From the IMG/VR virus record IMGVR_UViG_3300038974_000259, positions 1-57,173 of that record: DNA of 57,173 nucleotides. One strand, given 5' to 3'. The position numbers and the translations under genes are program-made. The notes beneath the pieces are model-generated. The model made no database searches, was not told where the DNA came from, and saw only the letters and a program-made list of their open reading frames with translations. This stretch comes from a virus. Lineage: Duplodnaviria; Caudoviricetes. Within the stretch, counting starts at the first letter, position 1, and every line of letters begins with the position of its first letter. This document shows positions 24,166 through 35,375 of this stretch, in pieces.

Positions 24166-25176
24166 TTACTTAATACTATATCCAAAATCCTTTGCATGGA
24201 AATAGTTTTGCCAATAGTCTTCTCGTTCATTTAGTTTAGAACGGTCACATTCTTCAACAACTTCAAAAGTAAAATTTTCTACTCCTATAGAATACATTGC
24301 TGGATATAGCTTATTCTGTGTCCAGTCTTCTGCGCCAACGCCTCTTTTGACGTGTTGCTTCCATCTTGAAGCTAAATCAACAGCCTATCCAACATAACAC
24401 ATCTAATTTTCTATATTTGTTATTTTATAAATTCCCGTATGAGTACCAGGACCAATTACTCGACCTATCATATCTGTTAATGGTCTTTCGTAGTATATTT
24501 TATAAATAACTTTATTTAAAGGGGTTTTATCTCGCAGATATGGAAGCACTTCGCGCAAGCGTTTTATCTCTATTATATCTTCATCATTTAAGCATATGCG
24601 GTAATAGTCTTGCTATGTTTCTAAAGCTAATTTTCTCTATGCGGCATCCAACGCAGTCTAAACATCGTGCTATAGTGAAATAAGACGACCATTCCAATAA
24701 GAAAATTCTTTCTGTTTATCTTCTATTTCCTTTTGGAAATCAGCTACAGCTTCTTCCATAGTTTCCAAATAGATTTTTTTAGCTTCCTCTCTTTTTTCAA
24801 ACAGAGTATCACTTATTCTATCTATCTCATTATCAAAGCTTCGCTCCGCAATATTTAACGCTTGACTATATAAATCCTTAGCTGCCTTCTCTTGGATTTC
24901 TTTTAAATTACTTATATTTTTCTGAATCTCATGCTATTGAGTGTATAATTTATCATTATCTACTTTTATCTAACACTACTCATTAAATAAAGAATTATTT
25001 TTACTTGTTAAATCTGCGTTTTTTGCTGATAAATAATTATTTTTTATTTCTAATTCTTTATTTGCTTTTTCAATATCAGAATTTTTCTATTGAGTAATTT
25101 TTATTTTTGGTTTTAGTAGTAGGTAAACCCCTAAACCGCCTACTACTATCCCCAATAGAACATATAAAATAATCAT
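24166..25176 (-). CDS. Membrane-anchored coiled-coil protein with C-terminal GIY-YIG nuclease (code 15)
   Basis: N-terminal TM (MIILYVLLGIVVGGLGVYLLL), long coil, GIYKITN...YVGQ(TAG)A...RWKQH; 10 TAG; absent from the ORF track. Confidence 0.85.
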
Positions 25177-25183
25177 AAGAACA

Positions 25184-25211
25184 AAGGCGGAGTAAATAAA
25201 TCACTCCGCCA
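25184..25211 (-). terminator. Intrinsic terminator
   Basis: GGCGGAGT/ACTCCGCC stem followed by TTTGTT. Confidence 0.75.
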
Positions 25212-25216
25212 ACAAA

Positions 25217-25483
25217 TTATTCCTCTTCAGCATCTGGGTCATAAGCCATACCAGCCTCTGTAAGAGACAGGAACTTTACGGGCTTATGAGTGCCATCATC
25301 AAGCTCAATCTCGGCAGGAGTGCGAATGCCAAGTCCTTTACGCTGAATAGCGCTGGTAAAAATACCATCAACAGAGCGCTTTTCAAGACCAAGGGCTTCA
25401 GCAACATCTGCTGCTGTCACGTTCTAACCATTAATCTCCTTAAGATAAGCGAGCACCTTGCGGGAATTTTCTTTCATAGCCAT
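25217..25483 (-). CDS. Small winged-helix DNA-binding protein (code 15)
   Basis: TAADVAEALGLEKRSVDG; extended to ATG 25483 via one TAG; AGGAG RBS. Confidence 0.8.
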
Positions 25484-25506
25484 AAAATAAAATCTCCTTT
25501 AATTAT

Positions 25507-25692
25507 TTATTTTGCGTAAAAATTTTGAATAATTTCATCTATTTCAAACATATCTTCTGGGCCTAAATGTCCAGAGATAGAGAGAATCTCATTCTATGCG
25601 TTCTGTATATCTTTATCATTAGAACTTGATTCGATGATTGATTCTAACTCCATGATTCTGTGAGCTATTTTTTTCAATTCTTTTTTCTTCAT
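25507..25692 (-). CDS. Hypothetical protein (code 15)
   Basis: 61-aa frame with one TAG, directly after a promoter. Confidence 0.6.
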
Positions 25693-25718
25693 AATTTATC
25701 CTTAATTTTTACAATGTA

Positions 25719-25747
25719 ATTATAAAAAATTTTTTTTATAATGTCAA
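25719..25747 (-). promoter_or_regulatory. Consensus sigma-A promoter
   Basis: TTGACA-17-TATAAT. Confidence 0.85.
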
Positions 25748-27664
25748 ACCACAAGAAGCTAACAAATCATCTTCTGATATAATCGGAATACCCAACTTCT
25801 TTGCGGTCAAATTCTTACTTGAAGTAGAATTTATATTGTTATTGATTAGATAATTTGTGTTGCCAGAGATAGAAGAAACAACTTTTCCACCTCTTGCCTC
25901 AATAAAATCCTTCAGTTCGTTACGATTTTTGAAGTGATTAACTGAACCTGTGATAACATATTTTTGTCCAGCAAAGCACTGGTCAGCTGCATTAGTCTGT
26001 GGAATAACTATTGTAAGGATTTCTGAAAGCTTATTTGCCTCTGTATAATCAAAGTTTAATAAAGCGCTTGATTTAGCATCAGCAAAACCATCAAATTCAG
26101 AAAAATCAAAGCGATTTTCTATAGCTGTAATGAAATCTTCATAGCTATTGAAATGTTTTACTAAATCTGCGGCGATAGTCTTTCCAATCATTGGGATTCC
26201 AAGAGAGGCGATAAAGGAGTCAAATGGACATGTTTTACTGTTTTCAATCGAATTAAGAATATTATCAACTGACTTAATACCAAAACCTGGCTGATTAATC
26301 CACTCACTGCGAAAATTCTTAAGATAGAATATGTCTGTCAGATTAGTAATCCAGCCCCAATCAACAAGCTTTTCAAGAGTAGCCTTTGATAAGCCCTTAA
26401 TATCAAGACCTTTCTTTCCACAGAAGTGGTCAAGCCTATTGATTAGTTTACCCTCACAGGCAGGATTTGAGCAATATAGCTCGACCGTTCCAGAGTCAGC
26501 TTCTACGACCTGCGTCGGCTGGCCGCAAACAGGACACTCTTTAGGATAACCAAAATGAAAATCATCAAGACTAACTCTTTTTTCGGCTCTTACTATTTGT
26601 GGAATAATCATATTGATTTTTGCTACATAAACTTTTTCTCCACGATAGGGATAACCAAGAGTATCTTCCATAATATTGAGATTATGTAAACTTGCCCTGG
26701 TGACAGTTGCTCCATCTATCTCAACTGGATTGAATACAGCAACTGGAGTTAAGACACCTGTCCTACCCATTGTCCAAGATATATCGACGAGATTTGTTTC
26801 ATAAGTTTCATCGTAAAATTTAAACGCAATAGCATCTTTCTTATGATGCGCGGTTTCTCCTTGTTGCTTTCCGTACTCAATATCGTTAAATTTAAAAACT
26901 ACTCCATCTATTGGAATAGAATGCTCTTCACAGTAATCTTGAATATCGGAGATTGCATAAGATATGTCCTCTTGTACCCAAGGAACAACTATGAATCCAA
27001 AAGAATCAAGCACGTCAAGTTTGTCCACAAATGTTTTATATTTATCAGAAATTAGCTCCCAAGCCATAAAAGTGAGTTTGCGGCGAGAGCATTCCTGACT
27101 ATTTAGCAATCTTATAGAGCCGGCCGCAAAATTTCGAGGATTCTTATATTCATCCTCAAAATCTTTAAAATCATTATATAAACAAATTATTTCTCCATCA
27201 ATAGTAGTATCCTCTTTACAAGGAATTCTTTGAGGAATTGTTGGGAGCACATACGCGTTATGAGTAATATCTTCGCCAACAATGCCATTTCCTCTGGTTT
27301 CGGCAGAAAATAATTTTCCATCTATATATCTTAATGAACAAGTTAGTCCATCCAGTTTTGCCATAGCGACATAACTATTATTGTTGAGAAAACTCTCAAC
27401 TTCTGAAGGCTCTTTAGTTTTATCTAAAGAAAGCATTTTATGATTATGTTCAACCTTTTTTAATTCATTAACAACTTGATAGTTGATAGTTCTGGTAGGA
27501 GAATCCTCATAATACTTGTCCTCTAAAGCTTCTCTTTTTATCAGCTCAAAATAAAGGTTATCCCATTCCTCATCTGTAATTTCAGGATTTCCTTCGTCAT
27601 ACTTTTTTGTATAATAATTTAGAGCATCTATTAAATCTCTCTGCTTATTCCTTAGATTCATCAT
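25736..27664 (-). CDS. ligA: NAD-dependent DNA ligase
   Basis: KLDG, TRGNG, NPRN, Zn finger, HhH and BRCT; TAG-free. Confidence 0.97.
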   Translation of the reverse strand: MMNLRNKQRDLIDALNYYTKKYDEGNPEITDEEWDNLYFELIKREALEDKYYEDSPTRTINYQVVNELKKVEHNHKMLSLDKTKEPSEVESFLNNNSYVAMAKLDGLTCSLRYIDGKLFSAETRGNGIVGEDITHNAYVLPTIPQRIPCKEDTTIDGEIICLYNDFKDFEDEYKNPRNFAAGSIRLLNSQECSRRKLTFMAWELISDKYKTFVDKLDVLDSFGFIVVPWVQEDISYAISDIQDYCEEHSIPIDGVVFKFNDIEYGKQQGETAHHKKDAIAFKFYDETYETNLVDISWTMGRTGVLTPVAVFNPVEIDGATVTRASLHNLNIMEDTLGYPYRGEKVYVAKINMIIPQIVRAEKRVSLDDFHFGYPKECPVCGQPTQVVEADSGTVELYCSNPACEGKLINRLDHFCGKKGLDIKGLSKATLEKLVDWGWITNLTDIFYLKNFRSEWINQPGFGIKSVDNILNSIENSKTCPFDSFIASLGIPMIGKTIAADLVKHFNSYEDFITAIENRFDFSEFDGFADAKSSALLNFDYTEANKLSEILTIVIPQTNAADQCFAGQKYVITGSVNHFKNRNELKDFIEARGGKVVSSISGNTNYLINNNINSTSSKNLTAKKLGIPIISEDDLLASCGLTL

Positions 27665-27878
27665 TTTCTCCTTCTGTTGGAGGAACTAATTCATACATTA
27701 ATTCTGTCAACATATCAAATTTATTAGTGTTTCCAGAATGAAACCTTTTATAAGGTTTTGAGAATTGCTCTTTGGTTTTCAAATTGGTGGCAAGGATTTT
27801 GCCACCAATTAAACCTTTGGGAGATTGTACATCTTCAAATCTAAAATCTCCTACGTTTAAAAGAAAAACTTTCTTCAT
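27645..27878 (-). CDS. Hypothetical protein
   Basis: 77-aa ORF coupled to gyrA and ligA. Confidence 0.65.
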   Translation of the reverse strand: MKKVFLLNVGDFRFEDVQSPKGLIGGKILATNLKTKEQFSKPYKRFHSGNTNKFDMLTELMYELVPPTEGENDESKE

Positions 27879-30223
27879 ACTTTACTAACTCCAGTAACAA
27901 TGTTATCTTTAATTACAATACAACCCATTGTTGTTCTTGAAACGGTCTCTGCTGGGAGGTCTTTTGCTTTTATACAAAGTGAGCTTTTGTTTCCACAGAT
28001 TAGAATTGTATCATCATCTGAAACTAAACAAGCTCCTGCGCAATTAGCATCTTTAGCGTATACAGTGCCACGACCATTTCTTGCCTGAATCGGGAAGGCA
28101 CTCAATGCGACTCTGCGGCCGAGCCCCTCTTTAGAGAAGATAGCTACAGAATCTGTTTCATCCCTTATAGGCAGGGCACAAATGACAGAATCATTTGGCT
28201 GTAGATTAATACCCTTACAACCCATAGTAACTCTTCCAGAAGCAGGAAATTCAGAACCTTTACATCTAATAGCATATCCGTTTTTGGTAAGCATTAAGAT
28301 TTGTTCATCGCTGACAAGGAAGACTGCGGCCAGGCTATCTCCTTCGTGTAGATTTAGAGCTTTAGTTCCAGTTTTCTTTCTGATACTGCTATATTCGTCG
28401 ATAGATGTGCGCTTAACATAGCCTTGCTTGGTCACAAACATAATAAACTTGGCATCTGTGTCGTGATATATTGAGTAGATAATGGTTGGATTTTCATTTG
28501 AATCCATAGATAGAAGAGCTTTTACAGGAGTACCTTTAGAAGTATTTGTACCTTCTGGAATATCATCAACTATCAGTCGATACATATTACCCTGGTCTGA
28601 AAACACCATTAAACTATCAATAGTGTTCGTGCGGAGCACCATAGAAGTTATATCGTCTTGGGTTTTAACTCCCTTTCCGCCTCTTCTTTGCGCACGGAAT
28701 GAAGTAGTATTTATTCTTTTAATACTTCCACCTTCAGTAAGAATAACTACACATTTTTCTGGAGGAATGGAAGCAATTTTCTTTTCTTCTGTGTCTTTAG
28801 GCTCTGCTATTTGCGCAAGCTCTGTCCTACGAGCGTCACCATATTTATCTACTATAGCTCTCAAACGAATTAAAAGTTCATCTGTGGGATTTTCAAGAAT
28901 AGCATTATAATGTTTAATCTCTTCCTGTAGGGCAGCTATTTCTTCATTCAGTTCAATTTTTTCCAAACCAGCAAGCCTACCAAGTTTCATATCAACAATC
29001 GCCTGGGCTTGCGGCTCGGTGAAATTATATCTGGAACAAAGTTCCGTTTTAGCGGCGGCCGCAGATTTTGAACCTTTAATTAACGCAATAATATTATCAA
29101 TATCTTCAAGAGCTTTTAGCAAGCCCATATCAATTTCTAATTTATTTTGCGTCTTTTTTAAATCGTGTTCTGTTTCGCGTATAATACATTTGCTATTATG
29201 GTCTACATAAATTTTACAACAATCTTTTAAATTTAATTCAGTAGGAGTTTTTCCAACCAGTCCTACCATATTATATGAAAAAGAAGTTTGTAAGTCAGTA
29301 TATTTAAACAACTGTGTAATTATTCGACTAAAATTAGCATCTTTGCCACACTCCAGCACCAATCTAAATCCTTTTTTTCTGGTGCTTTCATTTCTAATAT
29401 GCTTAATTCCTTCGATATTACCTTCGTCGCAAGCTTTACCAATCTGCTCCATAAGGGCTTCGGTCAGGACACCATATGGGATTTCGTAGAAAACTATGTT
29501 ATTATCTTCAAAATCATACTTTCCTCTAATCCTTACAGTGCCATGACCAGTTCGCATAATGGAAGAAATATCATCCTTGTTGATAATAATTCCTCCAGTT
29601 GGAAAGTCTGGGCCAGGAAGCATTGGTTCTTTACCATCAATATAATCAAAGATGGCTTTTGCCACTTCGTTCAAATTATGCGGCGCCCAATTACACGCCA
29701 TCGCAACGCCGATACCAGTATTTGGATTACAAAGAAGATTTGGGAAATAAGAAGGAAGAGTAACTGGCTCATCTTTTGTTTCAGAGTAATTTGGAATAGT
29801 GTCAACAACACCTTTCTTCATACCCATTAACATACCTTCCTCGACTAATGTGCTTAATCTTGCTTCGGTATAACGATATGCGGCAGGTCCATCACCATCT
29901 CTATTTCCCTTTGACCCATGAAAGTCAATAAGTGGATAGCGCATTACCCATTCTTGAGACAATCTGACTAAGGCTCCGTAAATGGAGCTATCACCGTGCG
30001 GATGCCAGTCAGCCATTACATTACCAACTATATTAGCGCACTTAACGTGAGGTTTTTTAGAATAAAAACCTTGATCATAGGCTCCATAGATAATTCTTTT
30101 AGCTACTGGCTTTAACCCGCTTGTAGCATCAGGAATCGCTCGATCGGTATTAACAGCAACAGCATATTCAATAAAGTTTTCACCCAGTTCATCAACAAGG
30201 TCGGTCAAAATTTCATTTGCCAT
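27875..30223 (-). CDS. gyrA: DNA gyrase subunit A
   Basis: GLKPV, HPHGD, AAYRYTEARL, GyrA-box QRRGGKG and pinwheel repeats; TAG-free. Confidence 0.95.
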   Translation of the reverse strand: MANEILTDLVDELGENFIEYAVAVNTDRAIPDATSGLKPVAKRIIYGAYDQGFYSKKPHVKCANIVGNVMADWHPHGDSSIYGALVRLSQEWVMRYPLIDFHGSKGNRDGDGPAAYRYTEARLSTLVEEGMLMGMKKGVVDTIPNYSETKDEPVTLPSYFPNLLCNPNTGIGVAMACNWAPHNLNEVAKAIFDYIDGKEPMLPGPDFPTGGIIINKDDISSIMRTGHGTVRIRGKYDFEDNNIVFYEIPYGVLTEALMEQIGKACDEGNIEGIKHIRNESTRKKGFRLVLECGKDANFSRIITQLFKYTDLQTSFSYNMVGLVGKTPTELNLKDCCKIYVDHNSKCIIRETEHDLKKTQNKLEIDMGLLKALEDIDNIIALIKGSKSAAAAKTELCSRYNFTEPQAQAIVDMKLGRLAGLEKIELNEEIAALQEEIKHYNAILENPTDELLIRLRAIVDKYGDARRTELAQIAEPKDTEEKKIASIPPEKCVVILTEGGSIKRINTTSFRAQRRGGKGVKTQDDITSMVLRTNTIDSLMVFSDQGNMYRLIVDDIPEGTNTSKGTPVKALLSMDSNENPTIIYSIYHDTDAKFIMFVTKQGYVKRTSIDEYSSIRKKTGTKALNLHEGDSLAAVFLVSDEQILMLTKNGYAIRCKGSEFPASGRVTMGCKGINLQPNDSVICALPIRDETDSVAIFSKEGLGRRVALSAFPIQARNGRGTVYAKDANCAGACLVSDDDTILICGNKSSLCIKAKDLPAETVSRTTMGCIVIKDNIVTGVSKV

Positions 30224-30347
30224 TGCTCTTCTCCTCCCGTTCAATATCCTTCTTGATTTCTTCCATCAGTTTATCTTTTATAATTTTTATAGTTGTATTA
30301 AAGTCTGTTACGCCGGTAATAAAATTAGTGAGTATATTATTCGGCAT
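30213..30347 (-). CDS. Small hypothetical protein
   Basis: 44-aa ORF overlapping the gyrB stop and gyrA start. Confidence 0.45.
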   Translation of the reverse strand: MPNNILTNFITGVTDFNTTIKIIKDKLMEEIKKDIEREEKSNGK

Positions 30348-33305
30348 TATATCTTGCCTCCTCACTGTGTTCTTTAATATAAATCTTCCTTGGAGTAATT
30401 GCCGTCCCCATTAAGTCATCAAACAGCTTTTTTGCCGCATCAGCATCACTAATAGTAACTCGACGAATAATTCTTTGTTCAGGGTCAGTGAGAGTTTCTT
30501 CAGTCTCTTCAACATCCATCTCTCCTAATCCTTTCATTCTGTTCACTTTATAGGATTTACCGACATTTTCTTTACGATATTCCTCTAAAGCTTCATCATT
30601 TTTAATATATTTATAACCTTTGCTGGTAGTTATCTTATAAAGAGGAGGAACGCCCGCATAGATAAAACCATCTTCTATCAATTGTGGGCAGAAATTCCAA
30701 ATGAAAGTATAGAACAAATTCTTTATATGCGCGCCATCGCGTGTTATTCTTATGTTTCCATAAGCACTGACTATCTTTTACTATAGTTATTACTATAGGA
30801 GACCTTTTCGAGCTGCGTATCAATAGCAGCCCTACTCCCCCGCCCAGAAGGCATAGGGGATAGTCGATACAGGTTTAAGTGTTAATCCATCTTTTTTCTT
30901 TTTTCTTATAAATGGGAAGTTCTGAGTAATATCTTCCCCAAAGAATTTGCTAAAAAGAAGTAAAATTTACTCTGTCTTTATAATCTTCGTATATCGCTTT
31001 AGCGCTTTCGTTTACATATCTTGTTCTAATCAATATTACTTCTTCATTTGTAAATTTCGCAGATGAACCATTTTGTCCTTTGCTCTGTTCTGTTTTGTAA
31101 TATTGTTTATTTTCTTCTGTAAACACTTCTGGCATAATATGCCCCCAAGCGCGTCCTTGCCAAAGATTCTAAAAATATTGAAAGCTAATTATATCTTTGT
31201 AGTTTTCATATACTTCTTTTTGCTTTTTATGATTTGCGTAAGCAATTCTAATTTTTATAACATCTTCTTCAGAAAGTTTGACTCTAGGGTTATTTTCCCC
31301 TACTACATCTGTTAATCCACCCTCAAAGACGTTTCCAGATTTTGTTGCTTGAAGTTTTTCTATCCAGTATTTTTCTTTTTCGTTTAATTGTTCAACTGAA
31401 CACTCTTCAAGGATTTCATAAGTAAAAGCATCTTTTCCTTTTATCTAAATTTCTTTATCAAAAGGAATTCGAGATTGCTCATAAGATTTTGTCTTATGTT
31501 CATTAAACCTTCTTTGAATATCATTGCTTTTGCCAATATAAAAATTGTTTGGGTTCTAAATTTCAGTAATTTTATAAATTCCTACCATAAATCATTCTCC
31601 TTTTTTATAAAATTTTAAAGAGAATGAAGATTAACACTTATTTCCCACGGGATTTTCATGCATAATTGATTATGTTTAGAATTCCCCGTTAGCATCATTC
31701 TCTTGTTATATATAAGATTTATATGGGACACATAAATCTTATTTGTCCAAAAAAATGATACCCGCTTGATTAAGCGAAAAGTCTTTCATACGCCATTTTG
31801 CTGACGTCAGCATCACTCATTATAATAATTTTTCCATATCTTACTTTATCCTTATTATAAGCAACTTTCATTGTCTTTAAATCTACTTCCAGTCCAAAAG
31901 CATCCATCATAGTCATAATTTCAGCATTTTTCTGAATTTTTGACATATCAGCTTTATGAGTGTTTAAAATTTTCCCTCGCACAGGAAGGACTGCTTGAAA
32001 CTCATTATCTCTCGCAGTCTTCATATTTCCAGAAGCAGAATCGCCTTCTGTGATATACAGTTCACATTTCTTGCGGTTTTTACTAAAACAATCTGCTAAT
32101 TTAGAATCAAATTTAAGAGCTTTTTCCTTTTTAGCTTGTTTATCTCGAATCGCATCCCTTGCCTTCGCTGCGGCCTCACGAGCTTTTTTAGCCATTTTAG
32201 CTTTATCGGCAATAGCTTTTATCTCTTTTTCGTTTGCCGCAAACCATACGCGCAATTCTTCAGCAATCGCCGCAGTATAAGGACTCATTTCAATTTTAGT
32301 GATTCGAGTTTTTACTTGAGCATCATAAGCAACATTAGGAGCTGTGATATTGAACACAATATATAATCCCTCTTGGATGTCTTCTCCAGAGAGATTCTCT
32401 TCTCCATCTTTTAACCACTTCTTATCTTTAAAGAACTTATTAAATTCTCTTGTTAGTAAAGACTTGATTTGAGTGATATGAGGTCCAACAGAGGTTAGAC
32501 CTGTGTTTACATATGGAACCATGGTCATAGAATAATTTGATGTATAGGTAATAACCATATCAATTTTATTCTTACCATTTTCATATTTCAAATTAAATCG
32601 ATGGTCAATTAGCTCTTTTCCTTTTACTGCTTCATCGACCAAGTCTTCAATTCCATTTTTAGAAAAGTAAGAAGTCTTTTCTCCATTATTATCTAACTCA
32701 ATAGTCAAACCTGGACAAAGACAAGATACTGTTTTAAAAAGCATTTTTAATTCACTAATATTTACTTCTGGATGTGTAAAGAATTCTTCACTTGGTTCCC
32801 ATTGAACCAATGTGCCTGTTGTCTTATTCTTCCACTCGCCAGAATCACGATGGTCAAATTCACCCTCTTTGAACCATAGATGTTCATACTGACCATCTCT
32901 ATAAGTAATTACTTCCAGCCAGTGAGATAGAAAAGTTGTAATTTTTGAACCGATGCCAAAAGAACCTAACGATGTTCCTTCATATGTTCCATCTTCTCTA
33001 TATTTTCCGGAAGTGTTTAGCACACTAAAAGCTGCCTCAAGGATTGTCTTTCCGTCGTCCCTGAAGCTATTAGGAATAAAACCTTGTCCATTGTCTTCAA
33101 CGATACAAGTTTTACCTTTTATAGTAACTTTAACAATTGAACCATGACCAAGACGATATTCATCCACTGCGTTAGAAAAAATCTCTACTAATAGCTGTGT
33201 TGAATATGTTGTATCTCCGGCATATACGCCTGGTCTTAAACGAGTAAATTCAAGAGGAGAAAGGCTTTCTATGCTCTCTTCTGTGTATAAAGTCTTATCT
33301 ACCAT
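30337..33305 (-). CDS. gyrB: DNA gyrase subunit B, spliced: exon 1 33305..31804, exon 2 30739..30337
   Basis: GHKL and TOPRIM (EGDSA, PVRGK); splicing restores DADV-DGAHIK; 1905 nt, 634 aa. Confidence 0.93.
30740..31803 (-). ncRNA. Group I self-splicing intron in gyrB
   Basis: Exon ends in U within P1 (ACGUCA/UGGCGU with U-G wobble), terminal G at 30740, P7 GACUAUC/GAUAGUC, P/Q-like GCUAACGGGGAA and AAUCCCGUGGGAA. Confidence 0.9.
30875..31588 (-). CDS. Intron-encoded GIY-YIG homing endonuclease (code 15)
   Basis: MVGIYKITEIQ(TAG)NPNNFYIGKS...RFNEH, two C-terminal helical DNA-binding repeats; 237 aa with several TAG. Confidence 0.9.
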
Positions 33306-33546
33306 CTATGTCTTCTCCTTCTGGTTTTATAGACATAACAAAATCAAGAAGTCTTTTCCATTCAACAAAATCTAATGTTATCCCGTCTGGAACAAGTATT
33401 ACTTCATGTTCTGGAAATTCTTGCTTAATGTTATCATAAATAGTCCTTGCTTGCTCGGGGCTGATTTTATCAAAATCTGCCTTTGCAACGATAAAATAAT
33501 ATGGTTTTATTTCATATTTAGATAATTTAATCCCTTTGTATTCCAT
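33295..33546 (-). CDS. Hypothetical protein
   Basis: 83-aa ORF overlapping the gyrB start. Confidence 0.7.
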   Translation of the reverse strand: MEYKGIKLSKYEIKPYYFIVAKADFDKISPEQARTIYDNIKQEFPEHEVILVPDGITLDFVEWKRLLDFVMSIKPEGEDIDGR

Positions 33547-33548
33547 TA

Positions 33549-34046
33549 TTATTTTATTTTATGATAATAAGCGTATCTATTATTTTCCCATATCGCTTCA
33601 TACCCAGGATACCTTTGGTGAAATATTTCTTTTGTCAAATCATCTTGGATATGAATTTCCCACTTATTGCCATAAATTTCTCCTTGTTTATATAAAAATG
33701 GGACAGCAACAATCATATCTTTACAACGAGTACCTGCATAGGCAAGCACTTTTTGAGCTTTTTCAATAGACATATGCTCTATAACATCACCGAATATAAT
33801 ACAATCATAGTAAGAATATTCTAAATCAACAATATCCTAATTAAAGACTTTATTATATTTTTTATCCAGCTAATGATTTTTTATATTCGGTTCAAAAATT
33901 TCTACCGCGTCCATAGTAAAAAATTGTCCCAGTAGATTATACCATTTTCCATCGCAGGGGCCTACGTCTAAGCAAGTATCCCCCTATTTAAAGTTGCTGT
34001 GAATCCATTTAATTACCTCTGTTTTCCCATCTTCGTAAGAACCCAT
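33549..34046 (-). CDS. Class I SAM-dependent methyltransferase (code 15)
   Basis: CLDVGPCDG, DAVEIF and YDCIIFGDVIEH; 3 TAG; 165 aa. Confidence 0.85.
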
Positions 34047-34056
34047 ATTTTTCTCC

Positions 34057-34491
34057 TTACTATGTTGTAGCTAACTTGTCAGCTAATTCATTCCATTTAT
34101 TACCAGCATGACCTTTGACCTTTTTTAGATTTATTCTATAACCTAACTGATAACAGTTAAAGAATGGTTGAATTAAATCTAAATTTTCTGGAGGTTTATT
34201 ATCAGATTTTAACCATCCTTTTTTCTCCCAGGAGAACATCCAACAGGTCAAAGCGTTTACACAATAAGCACTATCACTGTAAACTACTGGAGGCTGTGAA
34301 CCTGCGGCCGCAGGTTTTCCATACTGTATCATAGCCCATAAAATAGCTTTTAATTCTTCTCTATTATTGGTAGTATTTTCGGTTCTTTCTTTATGAGTAA
34401 GTATTAAATTCCCTTCATTGTCTAATACAACTACGCCGAACCCTCCAGGGCCCGGATTACCGAGAGAACTACCGTCTGTGTAAATCTCCAT
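34057..34491 (-). CDS. rnhA: Ribonuclease HI
   Basis: IYTDGS..GNPGPGG, TTNNREEL, SDSAY and VKGHAGNKWNELAD; ends TAG-TAA. Confidence 0.95.
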
Positions 34492-34517
34492 AGTTCTCCT
34501 TATTTTCTTCTTTTAAA

Positions 34518-34546
34518 TTGACAAAAAATAAAATGTTTTTTATAAT
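34518..34546 (+). promoter_or_regulatory. Consensus sigma-A promoter pointing antisense into ung
   Basis: TTGACA-17-TATAAT on the plus strand with no plus-strand gene downstream. Confidence 0.65.
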
Positions 34547-34577
34547 ATAAATGAGATATGAATCTTATTATATTTAT

Positions 34578-34606
34578 ATTATAATATAAATTATTATAAA
34601 TGTCAA
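34578..34606 (-). promoter_or_regulatory. Consensus sigma-A promoter for rnhA-gyrB
   Basis: TTGACA-17-TATAAT. Confidence 0.8.
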
Positions 34607-35301
34607 TCTAAAGTCCAATTAATTTCAGAAGAACCCATTTGCTTTAACCATTTATTAGCAATAGAAAAGCAATGACTACCAATAAAAGGACTATTACCTC
34701 TGGTAGCGCTTAATGGACTTGGATGACTGGAAAAGAGGCAAGCTTTATGCTGTTGAGTAATTACATCCTTCCAATTTGTTGTTGCTTTTGGAAAGCTTTT
34801 ATATACAATTTCATGTGCGAAATTACCCCAAGCCAGAAAAACAACTGGCTGATTTAGTTTTGCGCTTGCGGAGAAAATTTCACCAGTGAACTTATTCCAC
34901 CCCCACCCGGAGTGGCTATTTGCTTTATGCGCTTCTACAGTCAGAGAAGCATTAAGTAGTAGAACACCTTGTTCTGCCCAAGGTGTTAAGTCAGTTGTAG
35001 TCGGCATTGGACAACCTATATCACTAACTAATTCTTTAAATATATTTCTTAAACTTGGTTGAATAGGATTACCATTAGCTATTGAAAAAGCTAATCCATT
35101 CGCTTGTCCAGGAGTATGATATGGATCTTGGCCTATAATTACAACTTTCACTTTGTCTGGAGGAGTTAACTCTAAAGCTCTAAAAAGCTAATCTTGCGGC
35201 GGGCAGATAATTTTGCCATTTTCTCTTTCTACTTTGGCTGAAGCCGCAAGACACTACGCGATAAAAACTGCGTCTGGAGATATTATATCAATCCATTTCA
35301 T
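34603..35301 (-). CDS. ung: Uracil-DNA glycosylase, family 1 (code 15)
   Basis: GQDPY, GVLLLN and HPSPLS; N-terminus extends through 2 TAG. Confidence 0.95.
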
Positions 35302-35323
35302 AAAAACAAATCCTTTTATTTTT

Positions 35324-35352
35324 ATTATAACATATTCTTTTATAAAAAGCAA
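35324..35352 (-). promoter_or_regulatory. Sigma-A-like promoter
   Basis: TTGCTT-17-TATAAT with extended TG. Confidence 0.7.
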
Positions 35353-35375
35353 AATGGCTTGTTAAACAAGCCATT

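Noticed and set aside
31770-31803. GyrB C-terminus SKMAYERLFA; alternatively an intein or a naturally split gyrB
   Set aside because: This is read-through into intron sequence; group I RNA motifs and exact junctions fit an intron
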